Assembly: GCA_965222075.1 (NCBI GenBank)
Contig: OZ244937.1
Span: 4,576,001 to 4,640,000 of the forward strand
From: Candidatus Latescibacterota bacterium
Lineage (GTDB): Bacteria; Latescibacterota; UBA2968; GCA-2709665
Reading direction: 5' to 3'
DNA: 64,000 nt
Part shown: positions 27,637 to 37,799 of the stretch, piece after piece
Position numbering within the stretch: position 1 is the first letter of the stretch
Layout: each line of letters starts with the position of its first letter
Translations under genes and position numbers: made by a program
Notes under the pieces: generated by a model
Database searches by the model: none
What the model was told of the DNA's origin: nothing
Seen by the model: only the letters and a program-made list of their open reading frames with translations

Positions 27637-30183
27637 ATGAAGCTTTATTTTCTGGGAGGCGCCGACGAGGTCGGCGCGTCGTGCACGCTGGTTGAGATCG
27701 AGGGGCGCCGCATCCTGGTGGATGCAGGCATCCGGATGGGGGCCGCGCCCGGGGCGCACCTGCCCAATTTCTCGGTGTTAGACGAGGTGGGCTCGCCCGA
27801 GGAGGTGCTTTTAACCCACGCGCATACGGACCACACCGGGGCGCTGCCGGTGCTGGTTCCCGGGCTGCCTGCGGGGGTGCGCATCCGGTGTACGCCGCCC
27901 ACGCAGGCGATTACACGGGTGCTGCTGACCGATGCGGTCAAGATTATGGAGCAGCGAGGGGAGGGAGACGGGGAGTTGCCGCTTTATCCGCCCGAAGCAG
28001 TCGATGTGAGCCTGGGTCGGATGGCCTACGTGCCCTTTCTGTCCACGGTGCCCATTTGCGACGGGGCGCTGAAGGCGACCTGGATTCCGGCCGGGCACAT
28101 CCTGGGGGCGGCGTCGATTTATATCGAGGGGCGGCGGGAGAGCCTGCTGATGACGGGGGATGTGTCGGTGGCCAACCAGCAGACGATTTCGGGGATGGCC
28201 GTGCCCCAGTGCCGTCCGGATGTGGTGGTGATGGAGTCGACCTACGGAAACCGGCAGCACGCAGACCGGGCGCAGCAGGAGACGGCATTGGCCCTGCGGG
28301 TGGCCGAGGCGATCCAGGCCGGGGGCAAGGTGCTGATCCCCGCCTTTGCCGTGGGCCGCGCACAGGAGGTGATCCTGGTTCTGTCCCGGGCGATGCGGAG
28401 GGGGCATGTGCCCGCCTTCCCGGTGTTTGTAGATGGCATGGTCCGGTCGGTGAATGCGGTTTACACGGCTTTTCCTGAGGATCTGGCCCCGCCGCTGCGC
28501 CGCCGGGTGTTGAAAGGGGAGGATGCGTTTTATTCGGAGTCTGTTTCGGCAGTGGCGGTTCCGGCAGATCGAGAGCAGGTACTGGAGGGCCCGCCCTGCT
28601 GTATTGTGGCGAGTTCGGGGATGCTGATTGGAGGGGCGTCGAGTTTTTACGCACAGCGGCTGGTGGGGGGTGCAGAAAACTTGATCGCGATTACAGGGTA
28701 TCAGGATGAGGAGTCGCCGGGACGGGCGTTGCTGGCGCTGGCTCAGGCGCCGGAGGGGGCGGGGAGGGCGCTGACGCTGAACGGGCAGCGGGTGGGGGTG
28801 GCATGCCAGGTGGAGACCTATTCCCTGTCTGCGCATGCAGACAGCGGAGAGCTGGCCTCGCTGGTGAGGCGGCTCTCGCCCCGGTCGGTTTACTTAGTGC
28901 ATGGGGACGGGGACGCGCGGGCTGCGCTGGCGTCGGTCCTGGACCTGCACCTGCCCGAGGGGGTGCACCTGCCGGAGAACGGCGGGGTTTACACGGTGGA
29001 GGAGGCGGTGTCGAGACAGAAGCGGCGCTACGGCCGCCTGGTGTCTGTGCAGGGGATTTCGGGAGGGCGGACGGCCGATGCGGAGGCGTTGGACGAGGTG
29101 CGGGCCTACCTGCTGGAGACGGGGATGAAAGGCGCGCTGCGGGCGCAGGAACTGGCCGAGATCTGGCACGGGACGGAGGGGGTGGGACCGGCCGAGGCGG
29201 AGGGCTTCAAGGCACTTTTGGACGAACCGCAGACGGCGTTTGTTGCAGACCATCGCCGGCCCTATCTCTATCACGTCGCTGAGGAAACGACGGAGGAGGC
29301 GGGCCTGATGGAGATGAACGAGGCCCGGGTGCGGATTCAGGGGGCTTTTCCGCCCGAGGCGGGGCTTTTCAAGTGCAGCGCGTATGTCGAAGAGGGGGTC
29401 TACGAACTGGCGTTTCACTTTCCGGATGTGATCGAGGCGCAGTACGGGGAGCAGATCCGGGCGCTGGAGGCAGAGACGGGGTGGACTCTCCGGTTGCGGG
29501 AGACGGCCCACCAGGGGCGGCTGTTTGAAGAGGCCCTGGCGGCCGTGCCGGAAGGGACTACACCGTTGAGGGCGCCGGCGCTCCGGCTGGAGAAGCGCGA
29601 GGTGGCGGTGGCGGTGGTGGTATCAGAGGCCTTAGGAGCGGACTGGGAAGGGCTGGCCGAGGCGGCCGGGCAGCGCTTTTGCGAGACGACGGGGTACAGG
29701 CTCCGGCTGGTCCAGCCGGGTGAGAAAGGGCCTCCACCCCCTGCCGAGGCCCCGGACGAAGCGTGGGAGATCAACCGCGCGTATGCAGAGATCCGGGGGG
29801 CTTTTCAAGGGGGACAGCACACGCCCTATAGGATCGGTCTCAAGTCGGACGCCGGAGGGTCGTATATCGAGACGGCGTTTATCTCGCCGGCGGTGGGGGG
29901 GCGCTACCGGGACCTGCTGGAGCGGCTGTCGGCGCGGATCGGGTGGTCGATCCGGGTGCGGGAGTCGGCCAACCAGGAGCAACTTGCGCAGGAGGCGCGG
30001 CGGATCACGTCGGAGGCGTGCACGGTGCGGTGCGCACCGAGGTTTTTCGCGGGCGAAGGGCGCGTGGTGATGCCGGTGGTACAGGCGCCCGATGAGGCAG
30101 AGCAGGAGACGCTTCGGGAGGCGTTTCGGGAAGCGACGGGGTTTGAGATCGAGTGGGAGGAGGCAAAGAGAGGCCGGGGGTAA
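27637..30183 (+). CDS. MBL-fold beta-CASP ribonuclease (CPSF73/TTHA0252-like) with long repetitive C-terminal extension
   Basis: GGADEVGASC, THAHTDH, AGHILG, TGD, ESTYG, PAFAVGRAQE, SSGML, SAHAD, VHGD. Confidence 0.9.
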   Translation: MKLYFLGGADEVGASCTLVEIEGRRILVDAGIRMGAAPGAHLPNFSVLDEVGSPEEVLLTHAHTDHTGALPVLVPGLPAGVRIRCTPPTQAITRVLLTDAVKIMEQRGEGDGELPLYPPEAVDVSLGRMAYVPFLSTVPICDGALKATWIPAGHILGAASIYIEGRRESLLMTGDVSVANQQTISGMAVPQCRPDVVVMESTYGNRQHADRAQQETALALRVAEAIQAGGKVLIPAFAVGRAQEVILVLSRAMRRGHVPAFPVFVDGMVRSVNAVYTAFPEDLAPPLRRRVLKGEDAFYSESVSAVAVPADREQVLEGPPCCIVASSGMLIGGASSFYAQRLVGGAENLIAITGYQDEESPGRALLALAQAPEGAGRALTLNGQRVGVACQVETYSLSAHADSGELASLVRRLSPRSVYLVHGDGDARAALASVLDLHLPEGVHLPENGGVYTVEEAVSRQKRRYGRLVSVQGISGGRTADAEALDEVRAYLLETGMKGALRAQELAEIWHGTEGVGPAEAEGFKALLDEPQTAFVADHRRPYLYHVAEETTEEAGLMEMNEARVRIQGAFPPEAGLFKCSAYVEEGVYELAFHFPDVIEAQYGEQIRALEAETGWTLRLRETAHQGRLFEEALAAVPEGTTPLRAPALRLEKREVAVAVVVSEALGADWEGLAEAAGQRFCETTGYRLRLVQPGEKGPPPPAEAPDEAWEINRAYAEIRGAFQGGQHTPYRIGLKSDAGGSYIETAFISPAVGGRYRDLLERLSARIGWSIRVRESANQEQLAQEARRITSEACTVRCAPRFFAGEGRVVMPVVQAPDEAEQETLREAFREATGFEIEWEEAKRGRG

Positions 30184-30338
30184 AATTTCGTCATTTGGTC
30201 CTGTAGAAGGCCTGCACGCTGTGCTCAGGGTACGATCGTTGCAGGCCCTTGACGCATGGTGCCCCTGAGATGGCGATTGTGGTCGACCACCCTCTCAAGG
30301 CCGTCAAGGTTGAATAAAAGGGTTTAAACGGGGCGATT

Positions 30339-31556
30339 ATGACCAGCGTAAACGACCGTGAGTACAGCCCCAAGGCTCGGCCTGTGGTCGGGGTTTGTAT
30401 CGATGGGAGCGACCAGGCCTACCTGAGTGCTGCAGCAGAGGGGATGCCCAACCTGCAGGCGATCTGTAAGAAGGGGCACCACGGGCTGGTTCATACGGTT
30501 ATTCCTTCGTTTACCAACCCAAACAATATCGCGATTGTCACCGGTACCACACCGGATGTGAACGGTATTCCGGGAAATTTTTACTATGACGCAGAGGCGG
30601 ATGAGGAAGTGATGATGAATGACCCGAAATACCTCCTTACGCCCACCATTCTTGAGGCCTTCAGCACGGCGGGCCGGTCTGTGGCTGCGGTGACGACGAA
30701 GGACAAGCTGCGTCGCTTTCTGGCCAAGGGGCTACGGGGCATCTGTTTTTCGGTGGAGCGGGCCTACGAAACAACGGTCGAGGAGCACGGGATCGAGGGG
30801 GTCCGGGACCTGATCGGGCGTGAGAATCCCGGAATCTACGATCCGGAGGCGAGTGTGTACTGCCTTGAGGCCGGCGTCCGGCTGCTGCAACAGTACCCGA
30901 TTGACCTGATGTACCTGTCCACCACGGATTATGTGCAGCATAAATACGCGCCGGGAAGCCCGGAGGCCAACCGATTCTACGCCCGCCTGGATTTCTTTCT
31001 GGGCGAACTGGATGCCCAGGATGTGATTCTGGGCGTCACGGCCGACCACGGCATGAATGCCAAGGTCAAACCGGACGGGACACCCAGGGTAGAGTTTATC
31101 GAAACGCGGCTGAAAGCGGAGGGTGTTGCGGACGTTCGAGTGATTCTGCCGATCACCGATCCGTACGTGGTGCACCACGGGGCGCTGGGTTCTTACGCCA
31201 CGATCTACGCCAACGCAGACCATGCCGCCTGCGCTGAAGAGATCCTCAAGGCGGTGCCGGGAGTTGAGATGGTGCTCACCCGTGAAGAGGCGGTGTCGCG
31301 TTTTTCTCTTCCGGGTGAACGCATTGGGGATCTGGTGGTCCTGGGCGACCGGGATACGGTTCTGGGACGCACGCCGGAATGGCACGATCTGTCGGTCGTT
31401 GAATCGGGCCTGCGGTCGCACGGCGGGTTGCACGAAGGCGTCGTTCCGATGGTCCTGAACCGGCCGCTGAAGCCGGAATACGCCGAGCGCCTAACTTCCG
31501 GCAGGGCGAGGAATTTCGATCTGTTTGATTTCCTGTGTAACGGGACGAAGGATTAA
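30339..31556 (+). CDS. phnA: Phosphonoacetate hydrolase
   Basis: VCIDG, PSFTNPNN, YLSTTDYVQHK, TADHGM, LPITDPYVVHHGALGS, LRSHGG. Confidence 0.92.
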   Translation: MTSVNDREYSPKARPVVGVCIDGSDQAYLSAAAEGMPNLQAICKKGHHGLVHTVIPSFTNPNNIAIVTGTTPDVNGIPGNFYYDAEADEEVMMNDPKYLLTPTILEAFSTAGRSVAAVTTKDKLRRFLAKGLRGICFSVERAYETTVEEHGIEGVRDLIGRENPGIYDPEASVYCLEAGVRLLQQYPIDLMYLSTTDYVQHKYAPGSPEANRFYARLDFFLGELDAQDVILGVTADHGMNAKVKPDGTPRVEFIETRLKAEGVADVRVILPITDPYVVHHGALGSYATIYANADHAACAEEILKAVPGVEMVLTREEAVSRFSLPGERIGDLVVLGDRDTVLGRTPEWHDLSVVESGLRSHGGLHEGVVPMVLNRPLKPEYAERLTSGRARNFDLFDFLCNGTKD

Positions 31557-31622
31557 GCGGGCTCTCACCCCCGTGACCTACCAGGGTGAGGGCATTTTAC
31601 CAACAAGATAGAGGGGACGGTT

Positions 31623-32612
31623 ATGCGAAAGAGGATTCTGCTGTCGCGCACGTTTCGGAACCTGGAACTGAATTCGGATCCGCGACGAGAAGGACTGGCG
31701 GCGCTGGGAAAGCTGGCGGCGCTGGAGGGATACGAAGACGAACTGACCGGAGAGGATGCGGAAGGGGTGATTGCCGTGATCGCCAGTTCATCACTGATTC
31801 ATCCAGGCTTCTACGAGGAGGGGAAGGACCTGCGGATTATCTCCCGGTGGGGTGTAGGATACGAGAAGGTTAACCTTGACGTGGCGACGCAGCACGGGGT
31901 GATGGTGACGGTTGCCCCGGAACACATGGAGACGGTGGCGGAGTATACGATTGCGCAGTGGATGGCCACGCTCAAGCGGGTGTATACCCTCAACCGCGCC
32001 TCCCACAGCGGGGATTTTTCCATTATCCAGACCTACGAGGCAAAGGGGTCTACGCTCGGCCTCTACGGGTTTGGCAGGATCGGACAGGCCGTGGGCGCGC
32101 GGGCGAAGCCGCTCTTAGGCGACGAAGGGCGTCTGCTGGTCTACGATATTCGGCCCGATGTCCAGGAGTTGGCGGAGCGGTTTGGGGCCGAGGCCGTGGA
32201 CGATCCAATGGTGCTCTTCGAGGAGAGCGACGCCGTTTCTCTGCACGTGGCAGGGGACGATACCATCGTCACCTACGACCGTCTGTGCGCTATGAAGCCC
32301 CACGCGTCGCTGATCAACCCTTCGCGTGGAAATCTCGTGGACGACCAGGCGGCCAACCGGGCCATCCGGGAAGACCGGCTCTGCTACTATGTGGTGGACG
32401 ATCCGGTGAACGGCCCCAGAGAGATCCACAAGGGTCACCCCCGCATCATTTGCACGAACCACAACGCCGGGATCACGAATGCGTCTACCAACCGTCTCGA
32501 CCGCCGGACGTTCGGGCAGGTGACTGATGCGATCGAGGGCCGGGAGCCCGCGCACATGCTCAACCGGGAGGTGCTGGAGCATCCGAGGGTGAAAGGCTTT
32601 TTGAAGGGGTGA
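31623..32612 (+). CDS. D-isomer-specific 2-hydroxyacid dehydrogenase (divergent)
   Basis: SRWGVGYEKV, LGLYGFGRIG, VSLHV, INPSRG, TNHNAG. Confidence 0.85.
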   Translation: MRKRILLSRTFRNLELNSDPRREGLAALGKLAALEGYEDELTGEDAEGVIAVIASSSLIHPGFYEEGKDLRIISRWGVGYEKVNLDVATQHGVMVTVAPEHMETVAEYTIAQWMATLKRVYTLNRASHSGDFSIIQTYEAKGSTLGLYGFGRIGQAVGARAKPLLGDEGRLLVYDIRPDVQELAERFGAEAVDDPMVLFEESDAVSLHVAGDDTIVTYDRLCAMKPHASLINPSRGNLVDDQAANRAIREDRLCYYVVDDPVNGPREIHKGHPRIICTNHNAGITNASTNRLDRRTFGQVTDAIEGREPAHMLNREVLEHPRVKGFLKG

Positions 32613-32769
32613 GGGTAGGGGCGATGCTTGTGATCGCCCCTCTGGTCAATCATGGAGATAGAGGATGAGCCTTTCAGAGACAGAACAGAAGTATCGGATG
32701 CCGCCGGAGGAGATTGCAAAATCTTGTTCTCTCTTGAAGGATTCGCTTCAACATCTGGAGGTTTTTTGT

Positions 32770-33828
32770 ATGGATGTGCAGATCGATCGTTCCCACTTAC
32801 TCTGTCTTCTTGAAAGGTTTCTGCTGGCCCATGCGCCCCCGGGAGCCGAAGGGGAAGTGGACGCTATTGTGCTGGATACTGTTCGACCTTATGCCGATGC
32901 TGTCTGGCAGGATGCGGCTGACAGCATTGTGATTCACATCCGGGGGCAGGCCGACAGCGCGCCGATCGCCGTGACGGCTCATAAGGACGAGATTGCACTG
33001 ATTGTCAAGCGGATCGAAGAGGACGGGCGGCTTCGGGTGCGTCCATTAGGCGGGCTTCACCCCTGGGCGACCGGCGAAGGGGCCGTCGAGATCCTGGGCG
33101 ATGGGAAACTGGTTCCAGGTGTTCTTTCGGTGGGGACCAAACATGTGTCCGACGAGAGTCCGGCCGGCCGTGTGAAACAGGGGAAACCGCTTAGCTGGGA
33201 GACCATGTGGGTTGAGACCAAATGCTCCCCCGAAGCCCTGCTGGAGATGGGGGTGCACATCGGGAGCAAGGTTGTGATTGCACGGTCTCGTAAGTCACCG
33301 CTTATGATGGGTGACTATATCTGCGGCCACAACTTAGACTGCCGCGCATGTCTGGCGGTTTTGGTGGAAGTGGCCAAACAGCTCAAGGATCACCCACCGC
33401 CTCAAGATGTGTACTTAGTTGCGAGTTCGGAAGAGGAGGTGGGGGCGCAGGGGGCGGTCTATTCGGTGGGGCGGCTCCCTGCCGAGACGGTGATTGCGAT
33501 GGAGATTGGGCCCGTAGCGGAGGAGTACCAGACCCGGAATAACGGCGATCCAATTCTTCTGTATGGCGATGGTACTGGGATCTACCACGAGAAGATTCTG
33601 CGCCGGCTGGAAGATCTGGCAGGCCGCCTGGGGTTTGGGGTACAGCCTGCGGTGGTGACGTCGTTTGGCAGCGATGCGAGCATTGCCAAGAAGGCGGGCG
33701 CGGCAGCCCGGTCTGCCTGTATCTGTTTTCCGGGGGAAAATACGCACGGCTACGAAATCAGTTGTATTGACGGTATTCTCAATTCCGTCCGACTGCTTCT
33801 GGCCTATCTCCAGAATCCAGTGGTCTAA
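32770..33828 (+). CDS. M42 family metallopeptidase
   Basis: PPGAE, TAHKDEI, NLDCR, SEEEVG, SFGSDA, NTHGYE. ATG at 32770 with GGAGG RBS. Confidence 0.88.
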   Translation: MDVQIDRSHLLCLLERFLLAHAPPGAEGEVDAIVLDTVRPYADAVWQDAADSIVIHIRGQADSAPIAVTAHKDEIALIVKRIEEDGRLRVRPLGGLHPWATGEGAVEILGDGKLVPGVLSVGTKHVSDESPAGRVKQGKPLSWETMWVETKCSPEALLEMGVHIGSKVVIARSRKSPLMMGDYICGHNLDCRACLAVLVEVAKQLKDHPPPQDVYLVASSEEEVGAQGAVYSVGRLPAETVIAMEIGPVAEEYQTRNNGDPILLYGDGTGIYHEKILRRLEDLAGRLGFGVQPAVVTSFGSDASIAKKAGAAARSACICFPGENTHGYEISCIDGILNSVRLLLAYLQNPVV

Positions 33829-33849
33829 CCGATCTTTGTGGGAGTGGAC

Positions 33850-34596
33850 ATGCTCATTGTCAATCCTAAAGGGCATTACCATTTTTTGATGGGGATCGAT
33901 CCCTATTCAAGCGGCGCCATCGCCGATGCGGGTTATGAGGTTGTGCACGCGACCCTGAAACGGTCCGTGCCCTGGCGTGATGGGTTTGAGGCGATTGACG
34001 CGCATCTGCATGGGATGGGGCAGGACCGCTATGCCCTCTGCGGGGTGGAGCTGCGCTCGCCCGCTTCGTATACGATGGCGGGGTTCATCGCGTTTAACCG
34101 GGAGTATTGCGATTTGCTGAAGGCGTGGGATCTCTACGTTGGAGATTTGAACCCTGTGGCACGTACCAATGTGGCGCCGTTTTACGACCCGCCCGAGCAG
34201 CCGGCGCTGCACGGGTTTTCTTACACGGTTCCTGCGTCCGAACCTCCCAGGACGCTGGTTATTGCCGGGGCCGGAGAGCTGCGGTCGAGGGAATTGGCAG
34301 AGGAGGGGATCATTCGACGGAGAGAGACGGATGCAGATGCGATGGCGGAGAAGGCGGCCTATGTAATGGAGGTGATGGAGAAGCGTCTGAGCGGGCTGGG
34401 CGGGACGTGGGAGATGATCACGATGGTGGATATCTATACCGTGCATCCCATAGACGGGCAGGTTGAGGAGATTGTTCTGAGCGGGATGGGGGCTGCCCGG
34501 CGGCACGGGGTGCGCCGGTATTACGCCCGTCCTCCGGTGGTGGATTTAGAATACGAGATGGATATGCGGGGTGTAAGACAGGAGATTGTGATCTGA
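33850..34596 (+). CDS. CnbZ-like (2-amino-5-chloromuconate deaminase / RidA-fold) protein
   Basis: GIDPYSSG, ELRSP, NPVARTNVAP, AGAGE, RPPVVDLEYEMD motifs recalled for this family. Confidence 0.7.
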   Translation: MLIVNPKGHYHFLMGIDPYSSGAIADAGYEVVHATLKRSVPWRDGFEAIDAHLHGMGQDRYALCGVELRSPASYTMAGFIAFNREYCDLLKAWDLYVGDLNPVARTNVAPFYDPPEQPALHGFSYTVPASEPPRTLVIAGAGELRSRELAEEGIIRRRETDADAMAEKAAYVMEVMEKRLSGLGGTWEMITMVDIYTVHPIDGQVEEIVLSGMGAARRHGVRRYYARPPVVDLEYEMDMRGVRQEIVI

Positions 34597-34769
34597 TGGC
34601 CGATTCACCCCATGATCGCCGCGAATTTTTCCGGGAGTTTCTAAGGCGTTACGTGGTTGCCTCTGCAGACATTGTGGTAGATCGCCTGGAATAGGGTCCA
34701 GGGGCAGGAAAACAAAGGCTGGGGACGCCAAATGGCATCAGTCCGTCGGGTCAGCGCTTAAGCGTTCGA

Positions 34770-35010
34770 AGAGGGCAAGGCGGGACCGGATATAGTCTCC
34801 GGGCGGGGGGGGGCTTTACGAGATCCGGGCGCAGGTACATCACCACTCCCGTTTCGTGTTCTCCGGGTGTTCGGCGCTGGCGCCAACAGGCAAGGTCGGG
34901 AGCATGTACCAGCCGAATTCCTCGGCAATGCCCCGGGCGAGATATTCCACACTCAGGCAAGGAAGGTGAGGGCCGTGCTGCTCAACCGCTCCGATTCCGA
35001 TTATGGCTCC
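34770..35010 (-). pseudogene. Creatininase-family amidohydrolase remnant (internal deletion and frameshift)
   Basis: GIGAVEQHGPHLP...LPTLPVGASAEH in one frame joined directly to GEHETGVVMYLRPDLV in another. Boundaries approximate. Confidence 0.75.
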
Positions 35011-35012
35011 TT

Positions 35013-37799
35013 TTATTTCGCATTCCTCCGATTTTGTTTTATTGATTTTCCCTGCACACTGGCGGAGACATTGCCCGATGCTGCGAGGCGCCACTGCCCC
35101 GACTGGTCAGGCCGCAGAAGCGCGGAGCCGGCGATTTTGAACTGCGCTTTGCCTTTGACGCCCCAGTTGGGGAAGTATTCCAATTTTACCAGATCGGTCC
35201 GGACGGTCATGCCCGGTTCATCGTTTGAATGAATCCAGGTTTGGCCGTTTTTTGTTTCGACTTCCTTGATCTGGAAGCCCTGGACGAGCAGGCCCCCCAA
35301 GTTGAGAATGAGCGTTCGCCCGTTCAGCGCACCGCCGACGGGCAGGCCGGTGCGGGTGATGAAGGCGTCGGAGGGGTCTCCCGCTTCGATGCGTTCGGTT
35401 TTGTGGATCACGCCGCTGTGGGAGACCTCACCCTTGATTTCGGTTTCTCCGGCTTTGAGCCGGTCGCCGTCGATCAGGTAGGTCCAGTTGTGGCTGCCTT
35501 CCGCGATGTGTGCGAACCGGCCGCGGATTTCGATCCTGCCGTCGGACGTTTTCCAGGGGGTTCTGGCGCCGTCGTCGGCAGTGGAGATGACCGTGTCCAC
35601 CCGGTCGGGCAGTGTGACGCGGATGGACACGGTCTCACCGCCAGAAGGCTCAAGGGGGACAAGCTCGACGTTCTGGACGAGCGGGACGTCCCCGTAGGGG
35701 TGATGGACGGCGGCAAAGAGGCTTTCGCCGTCCGACTGGCGTACGGCAATGAAGGGCGCCGTGCCCGTGCGGCGCATGGCGGGCGCATCGCCGGAGATGA
35801 TTTCGACGCCTGCCTGGGGCAGGAAGAACGTCTTGAGCGCTGCGGAGCTGTCTTCGAGGGTAAAGACGACGGTCCAGTCCCGGTCGGTTTGGACGCTTTT
35901 CAGGTTGGCGATGTACTTGTGCAGGGTGCCCTCACGGCTGTTTTGGATCGGGAGCGAGAACTCGGCCGTGTGCGGGAAGTCCAGGTTGGCATGAAGCATG
36001 TAGTCGTGGATTTTCCCACCCTTGACCCTGAAGATGTCCACGATGTAGACGTCCCTGTCGCTAATTTTCACCAGGGCGATGGTACGGCGGTATTGCTCCA
36101 GTTTTACCAGGGATCCGTAGGCGCGTTCACCATCTGCCTCCACGACCTGGACCATGTCGAAGTCGGTGTTGAACAGCCGGAGCTTGCCGTCGTTCATGAC
36201 GTTGCCATGCCCGGCCCAGCGCCAGCGCCAGTCCGGGATGCCCGCGACGACATCTTCGGGCTGTTTCTCGCGTTTAGGGGTATGCGAGCCTCTCCGGCTG
36301 GTCTGGTCTTTCTCATCTACGACCACCGTGACATGTCCGGCAGTCATGGTGTGCCACTCTCGCGTTGTGTTTTCGACGTCCCCCTTCCGGTAGCGGGTCT
36401 CCGAGATCAGCTCTTTTCCCTTGGCGAAGAGGATGAGGTTCAGGCAGTCGTAGTGTTCGTGCCCGTGCGTGCCGCCAAAGTGCAGCGAAGCCTGGGCCAT
36501 GTCGTCCTCTCCCTTTCCCGTGCCGAGAATGGCGTGGCCCGTGCATCCAAAGAGGTAGGATCTGGCCTCTTTCAGGGGCGGCGTCCACCACACGGGCTGG
36601 GGAAAGGTCGTGTCATGGATGACCTGGCAGATCCGGTTTGGCTGCTGCACGGCGTTCAGGACGTGGTCGGCGCGTTGAAACGGGCGTTTTAGGATTTCGT
36701 TCAGGTCCAGGTTGTCGAACCGAACGCCGTCGCGTTCACTTCTAAATCCCTCGGGGTCCGAATAGCCCTGGAGGTGTGTGCTGACCACCCCCTTGAGGCC
36801 GTGGTGGGCCTGCTTGTGGTACGAGGGCGTGCCCTCATGCCACCACCCGTCGGCGTAGAACTGGGTTTTATACATGTCCCGGATCCACTTCACGCAGGTA
36901 TGCACCCAGTCGGGCCGGCCCAGGACTTTTGCGAAGGGCAGGATGCCGCGCATCTGGGTGGGGTCCATATTGCCTAGTACCGGGCCGTACCCAAACTGGA
37001 GTTCGACCTGGCTGCGCAGGAGGACTTGGATTGATTCGAGTTTGCCCATTTCCTGCATGGCATCCGTGTTGTAGATCAGGTCATAGGCCTCCAGAAGGGG
37101 CATGCCGAGGAGGATGTCCTGGTAGATCCAGACGCCCCAGACGCCCGCCAGGTCCCACTGGGTGCGGAGGGAAATTTCGCTCTGGGGATAGCGGGCCCGT
37201 TTTTCCCAGGGACCGTAATGCGGGCTGTAGATCGGCCAGCTGGGGATCTGTTCGGCGAGTCGGGCGAGGAGGAGGGCCGATTTGCGCGCGTAATTTTCTT
37301 CTTTTGTGAGGTAAAAAAGCAGCGCAAAGTAATGGCAGGCGTCGCGCATCAGGATGTTCTGTTCGTCCTCACCGCCCCGGTCGGAGATTCGGGAGCGGAG
37401 GTCCTCGTTGGAGGCATTCTGGAGATCGCCTAACGCGGCCTTACAGGCGGCGACGGATAGGTCACGGTAGGTCGTGTTGTGCGTGCTCTCCCACAGCCCG
37501 ATGGCTCCTCGAACGGCGTTGTGGTAGTCGTGGCCGTAGGGAAAATCCTTCACTCCCTTCTGATAGCGCTCGCGCAATGCGGCCCGGTCCAGGCCCTGGA
37601 TGAATTCGACCCGTTTTCTCAGGTCCTTCTCATTATCTTTGAAGTCCGTGACCGGGTGGTTGACCGGCCAGTCCTGTGCTGACGCCGAGGCGCACAGGAG
37701 GGCTGCGATGGCACATGCCGTAGAGAGGATCGGGATTAGGCTGATGAGGTTTTCCACAGGTGTGTGTTCCTCTGGATTGTGTGAAATATGCCGTTCCAC
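35013..37799 (-). CDS. Heparinase II/III family (polysaccharide lyase-like) protein, secreted
   Basis: Signal-like N-terminus; DGWWHEGTPSYH, HGHEHYDCLNLILFAKG, TAGHVTVVVD, YIVDIFRV. Start uncertain. Confidence 0.8.
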   Translation of the reverse strand: MERHISHNPEEHTPVENLISLIPILSTACAIAALLCASASAQDWPVNHPVTDFKDNEKDLRKRVEFIQGLDRAALRERYQKGVKDFPYGHDYHNAVRGAIGLWESTHNTTYRDLSVAACKAALGDLQNASNEDLRSRISDRGGEDEQNILMRDACHYFALLFYLTKEENYARKSALLLARLAEQIPSWPIYSPHYGPWEKRARYPQSEISLRTQWDLAGVWGVWIYQDILLGMPLLEAYDLIYNTDAMQEMGKLESIQVLLRSQVELQFGYGPVLGNMDPTQMRGILPFAKVLGRPDWVHTCVKWIRDMYKTQFYADGWWHEGTPSYHKQAHHGLKGVVSTHLQGYSDPEGFRSERDGVRFDNLDLNEILKRPFQRADHVLNAVQQPNRICQVIHDTTFPQPVWWTPPLKEARSYLFGCTGHAILGTGKGEDDMAQASLHFGGTHGHEHYDCLNLILFAKGKELISETRYRKGDVENTTREWHTMTAGHVTVVVDEKDQTSRRGSHTPKREKQPEDVVAGIPDWRWRWAGHGNVMNDGKLRLFNTDFDMVQVVEADGERAYGSLVKLEQYRRTIALVKISDRDVYIVDIFRVKGGKIHDYMLHANLDFPHTAEFSLPIQNSREGTLHKYIANLKSVQTDRDWTVVFTLEDSSAALKTFFLPQAGVEIISGDAPAMRRTGTAPFIAVRQSDGESLFAAVHHPYGDVPLVQNVELVPLEPSGGETVSIRVTLPDRVDTVISTADDGARTPWKTSDGRIEIRGRFAHIAEGSHNWTYLIDGDRLKAGETEIKGEVSHSGVIHKTERIEAGDPSDAFITRTGLPVGGALNGRTLILNLGGLLVQGFQIKEVETKNGQTWIHSNDEPGMTVRTDLVKLEYFPNWGVKGKAQFKIAGSALLRPDQSGQWRLAASGNVSASVQGKSIKQNRRNAK

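Noticed and set aside
30255-30300. GGTGC..CTGAGA resembling a TPP riboswitch upstream of phnA
   Set aside because: The 3' half (ACCTGAT...TAATGCC..CG.AGG) is absent.
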